DNA of 61,605 bases, filler included, from Sluysia triapertura (lineage: Eukaryota): the NCBI GenBank assembly GCA_046118255.1. It is 5 parts of 5 records of this genome, joined end to end, with 100 filler letters (N's around TTAATTAATTAA, not from the genome) between each part and the next. Parts side by side here need not be neighbours in the genome. Positions count along the whole stretch, not along the records: positions 49,617 to 61,605 come from JBJNIA010149607.1; 4 more parts are not named here. One strand, written 5' to 3'. Positions 56,570-61,605 of this stretch are shown here, piece after piece. The notes below the pieces were generated by a model, which searched no databases, was not told where the DNA came from, and was given only the letters and a program-made list of their open reading frames with translations. The position numbers were made by a program, and so were the translations under genes. How positions within the stretch are numbered: position 1 is the stretch's first letter; the number at the start of each line of letters is the position of its first letter.

Positions 56570-57125
56570 AAAATGAGCCATACGGTCGTCCAAAATCAAA
56601 GGTCAATAAAAAATAAACTGAAGGTCACTAATCAATCTCAAAGTGGCTATGAAATTTCGTTGAAGTTTGGTGTTAGAAAACAAACAATATTACCTCATTC
56701 AAAGATTTATCGGTGGGAATCTAAGCCTTGCCGAAAAAAATCAGCTTGGAAAACCTAAGTCATTTGATACGCCATAATTACGCACTTCTGTTAAGATAAA
56801 TATGCAACAATGTATTCAGTCATTAAGTGCATAACACTATCTTTTACAATCAACAATTGTGCGTCACTTACATTCAGAACATTAGGGAGCACATAAGCCT
56901 AAAGAAATATCTCAAGATTTAATCAATTCACAAAAAATTGCAGAATGTGTAAAACCCTAGTATGAAATCCACGAGATAAAATATTTTCAAATGGATATAA
57001 CAAAGTACATATTATAAACTTCACCTTTGGTTTGACGAAAATGATAATCTCTAATCCACAGTAACAATAAAAACTTTGATAAAAAGATAATAATAATAGT
57101 ATTTTGGAACTTTAGCAGGGTCCGA
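56570..57125 (+). mobile_element. Decayed mariner/Tc1 transposase fragment
   Basis: GRP, HTH-like GYEISLKFGVRKQTILPH, and KKIIIIVFWNFSRV resembling mariner KKxMLxVWW. Confidence 0.45.
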
Positions 57126-57722
57126 TTGCAGTACTTGACTTAAAGCGTGCAGTAGGTACGCCTACAACTATGGTTACAAATAGGTGAATTTAATTAAATC
57201 TAAGCTTCGAATTAACTAATAGTCTGTGAGCAGCTTAAAACTTTATGACATTGTAAATTAATAGCTGTTTAACAAAGGATCAGTTATATTTAGTAGTCAC
57301 TATTTAATGTTAATATTGAATTTTAAACACTGATACTAATTTAAACCAAATTATAAAGAAAAAATAAAAACATAATTAATATTTTCAATATAAAAATTTA
57401 AAGGTTTACTTGTTATAAATGTACATAAATTCAACAATGATTAAATCAAATTATAAATGAATGAATGATTGAATGATAAAACTAAAAGCACAACTAGAAT
57501 TGTAGTGAGGAGAGTAATATATGTATATGTTAGTATTAAAGTTTCTAAGTCTTCAATTTTTGCAACTGACGAATTTTAATAAGGTGTTGTGTATACAGTT
57601 TTATTACGTCTCCTCATCGCCTCATATATGATTATATCGTTATTATTACAAAGAGAGTGCTTAAGGCACTTAAAATTTTTATTTAATCATTGAAAATAAA
57701 ATAATGAAAACAACGCATTATA

Positions 57723-58520
57723 TTAAATTCCTCCTCCTGTTTCATCATTTATAATATTATATTCAACACATAGTACTTCAGACATACTTAGGCCCTCAAC
57801 GAGATAGTGTGACTCGAATGCACATGTTACCCTTTTAACAAAGGCATATTGCGCCAGAGCACCGTGCCGAATAGATTTAAATCTTAAGACTTGAACCTTA
57901 TTACTGTAGGTCATAACAGTTCGTCTTTTGTCTTGATGGATCTTTAGAAGCAATGACAGTTTATATTATACGAATTTAAGTTTTTATTGTCATCGAAAAT
58001 CATATATAGATTCTCATTTCTGAGAATGTCTCCATACTTATGTCCTATCTCGTTGTTGGCTGCAATAAAAAATTCAATAATAAAAGAATAAAAACAAAGA
58101 CATTTATAAGATACAAAACTTGAACTTGAAACTTTAGTTCCACTAACTTTAATATCTGAAGCGCCGTAAACCATTTGAGAGTGTACTCGTATTTGCATTA
58201 ATGGTCTAACATTAGCATTGACTAAGTTAATTCGATCATAGACTAATGGTCTTCGATTAAAAGGCTTATTAAATCTTCACATTTTGTTTTGATTACTGTA
58301 ACCAAACCTTATAGCCGTATGATTATTAAATTGTTTCAATTGATTATTCCTATAATATTTCGTGATATCATTGTAGATCCAATAATTGTTATATAACTCG
58401 GTATTCTTTAGACGAGATTCAGTATTACGCAAAAGCTTATATTCCTTTTCATGTACTTGCGATATTCCATTAACCCCTAATGTAACATATTCATTATAAC
58501 TCCCACATTTTAAATTTTTT
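57723..58520 (-). pseudogene. Long decayed intronless ORF, possibly virus-derived
   Basis: About 260 codons broken by one internal stop and one frameshift; segment M*RFNKPFNRRPL...NCHCF/KIHQDKRRTV. Confidence 0.35.
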
Positions 58521-59846
58521 AAATTTTTAAATATTTATGACAAACTTCAATATTTTGATTTTCATCGATGAAAAATGGATTTAAAAATTCATCAATTCTA
58601 GAATTAATTTCACTTTCACTGTCAGCTTTTTCTGCAAACATTTTCTCTAATTTTCTACGAATATTTAAAAATTTAAGATTTAAATTTAACATTTTTAAAA
58701 TTTTTACGCATAATTAAAAATTTAAACAAAATTATTAAAAATAACATTAATTTCAAAGTTTTTCTTTTTCTTTAGATTTTTTATCTTTTTACTTTTCTTT
58801 TAAATCTTTAACAAGTCTTTCACAATTCTAATTTAATTTTACAATAATAACTTCTACTTTTACAGCAATGATAAAAAAACACTTTAAGAAATTGAAAAAT
58901 TACAAAACGTAGGAAAAAGAAAACATCCGGTGATAATGACGATGTCGGGGCTACGAGTACTGTATTAAAATGTTAATAAAACGGATTTTATTATGCATCT
59001 GTATTTGATTGGTGATAAAGGATGTGATAAAGTGGATATTGTGAATGAATTTTATTTTAGTGTGATTTTTGTGATGAGGCTTATGTAATTGGTTGTTGCG
59101 GTATATGTTATAGTTATAACTTTGGTGGCTGGGCCACCATATAAGGATTTTAGCCCTCGGGTTAAATAAAGTTAAATGTTATTTTACCTGTATTTTAAGG
59201 TTTGTTTTTATACAATCGACCTTACAATTGAATTAACTTACTAGATTATTATATGATTATTTGGAACAAATAAAACAAAATGGCGACGAATTACTGAGAG
59301 CTGCTATAATTAAAATAACAAAATCTGAATTTAAATATTGATTAAATTGTGAATGTGATTGAAATTTCGTTGGTGTATTTACCAGTTTCTATCCATTCAC
59401 GTTATTAAAATAAAATTTTTGCTGTTTTTATTACTTACTTTTGTAAGAAATTATTTTTTATTTATTAATATTTTTTTATTTATTAATAAAAAATTATTTA
59501 TTAATATTTTTTATTAAATTATTAAGTAGGTAATGTTTTACAATTATTTAATTATAATTATCATTAATTATTAATATTCCTTAAATGAGGATGAGTGTCT
59601 CAACCTAACATTAAGAAAAGAACACATTTCAGTAAAATTTATTTCGATTTTTCTATTCAAAAAACACAAATACCTATAATGTTTTATAATTTATTCAATT
59701 AAATTAATACAAATCATACATTATTAAATTATTAAAATAATTAAATATTAATTTATGTAGTTTTATTATTTAAGATTAAACACGAATTTATTTTGTAATT
59801 TAATTATTTAATATAAATTTATAATTATTATTTTTAATTCTTTTAG

Positions 59847-60932
59847 GAATTCGGTGAAGAACTGAATACCTTAATAAATAAATTTAGTGATACTAACAAG
59901 GTTTTGACGAATGCTGGTACTACTGCAATATTGATGAAATTCATAGAAAAAGATAATAGAAAATTAAATTGTTTGGTATATATTTTGCTACATACATTTA
60001 AACTTGATAATAACAATGAATTTAAAAATAAAAATAAATGTATTTTTAATTTTCAATTTGAAAGATAAATATTTAATAGTAAATGTTACGTTTAATAGTA
60101 AATATTTATTTAACTATTTAAGTAAGACTTTAATTTTTACTTAAACTTCTAAAGTTAAAACTACAAACATTTTAAATATTTGTATTTACTGTTAAACAGT
60201 ATGGTAGATTTATCTTTCAAACTAGGACATATGTATTAAAAAGACATTTGAGTTTCAATGTCGCATACTGTTTAGGACTTGTTTGTGTGTTATAAGATGA
60301 TAATATTTATTGGATTATTATACATAACATGTTTAATAGTTTATAATTGAAGTGTTAATTGTATAATTTGTAACTGTATAAAGTTTTATTTAGTTTTTAT
60401 TACATTATTTATAAATAATATATGAGTGTCAAACTTGTTTTAAGTGTTATATAATTATATTAAGCAACTTTGTTGTTACGCCTTTGATAAATCTATTTTA
60501 TGATTTTTGCTATATTAATAGTTTAGTTTAACATTTTTATGTGAATTTGTTTTTAAAATGCTTTCGTTATGGACCGAATTTGCTTTGTTAAACGTTTTTA
60601 ATAATGGTATTAAAGCATTAATTTTAACGAATTGGAAATACAAATAAGAAAACTAATCTAATGAGAATTAATCTAATGATGTAGATTTTTAGTTTGACAT
60701 TTGTATCATTTTTAATAGCGCATTAAATTAAATGTGATAAATTAAAATACTAATAATAATAAATAATAATAATAATTTCAGTTATAAATAAGTATTAATA
60801 TTTTATATTAATTTTAGTTTTTTTACTTTGTCATGAAAAAGTTCGAGTCAATTCAACGTAACAAAATATCTAGTCAACTTTTTGATGCATTTAACAAAGA
60901 AATTTATACAACTTTTATTCATCCTGATTCTG
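59847..60932 (+). CDS. Two exons of an RGS-like (RH) domain, RH-RhoGEF (ARHGEF11/12, RhoGEF2)-like; second exon carries a +1 T frameshift
   Basis: Exon 59847-59975 (EFGEELNTLINKFSD..TAILMKFIEK..NCL) splices in phase 0 to 60818-60932 (FFYFVMKKFE..KEIYTTF[fs]IHPDS|GTTAGT). Confidence 0.55.
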
Positions 60933-61246
60933 TTAGTATTTAATTTCATTAATATAATTTCGTTTATTATTTTAAGAAAAAGTAATGTTCAAAACTTTTG
61001 TATTTAATTAATTTAATAAAATAAAGATGAAATAAAAATGGCAACCTATAGATTGTAAAAACATTTAAAGTTTCAATTTTATTGATTATTTAAACAATTA
61101 TTTTTGGGATTATAATTTTTAAATATACTTTACATAATTCGCTTTAAAACTTGAAGATTAATTATTTTTTTATAATAAAAATGTGCTGAGTTTTTTTCTT
61201 TTCTTAATCTACTCTTATAGAATAACGCAAAACTTTCTTCTAGATA

Positions 61247-61470
61247 AGTCCACCAACGTGCTAGGCTTACCGATTAGAGCTAGATATAATTATAAAATTT
61301 AACATGGAAGTTATTTATCTGGCTATGTTTAAAAATATAATGAGGTTATTGTAGGCTATTTTTATTAGTTCTTAAACAAGATTTTACGGAAATTCTATGA
61401 AAAGGATTTGTATTAAGTGTTTATTTTACGTTATCCGAATCAAATTCGGACAAAACTATGCGCTGGAGAG
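61247..61470 (+). repeat. Dispersed repeat family D copy
   Basis: Matches 22690-23050. Confidence 0.65.
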
Positions 61471-61605
61471 TTTATTATTTTAAAACTGTGTAAGTTACTA
61501 ATTATATCTTTTTACAAAAAATCAAAATTAAAGTAATCCTATATTGCAGTAAGAAAAATTAATGATACTGAAGTATTATAGAAAAACGATTATAATATAT
61601 ATATA

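Overview
Very AT-rich eukaryotic (metazoan-like) scaffold segment, mostly decayed transposable elements. It is broken by six gaps, four of which are artificial N44-TTAATTAATTAA-N44 linkers. Supported spliced genes are the last four exons of UDP-glucose pyrophosphorylase (+, 13426-16371), a complete HDDC2 (-, 31975-32615) and a complete casein kinase II beta (+, 45366-46104). The last two have ultra-short 32-38 nt introns. Orphan exons resemble a DEG/ENaC channel (-) and the RGS-like domain of an RH-RhoGEF (+). Mobile remnants include Gypsy RT/integrase/gag, an L2/CR1 LINE, a restriction-like-endonuclease (RLE) non-LTR element, Polinton, mariner, piggyBac-type MITEs and a TSD-flanked solo LTR. 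Three observations stand out. (1) A ~160-bp TG...CA element family carries a tRNA-like gene, resembling a TRIM/Helenus LTR. (2) One copy is split inside the tRNA D-arm by the RLE retrotransposon, suggesting tRNA-targeted TE-on-TE insertion. (3) An LTR-like repeat carries an 8-pentamer heat-shock element next to a TATA box that sits in a hairpin loop. All calls come from reading and translating by eye; no database searches were run.
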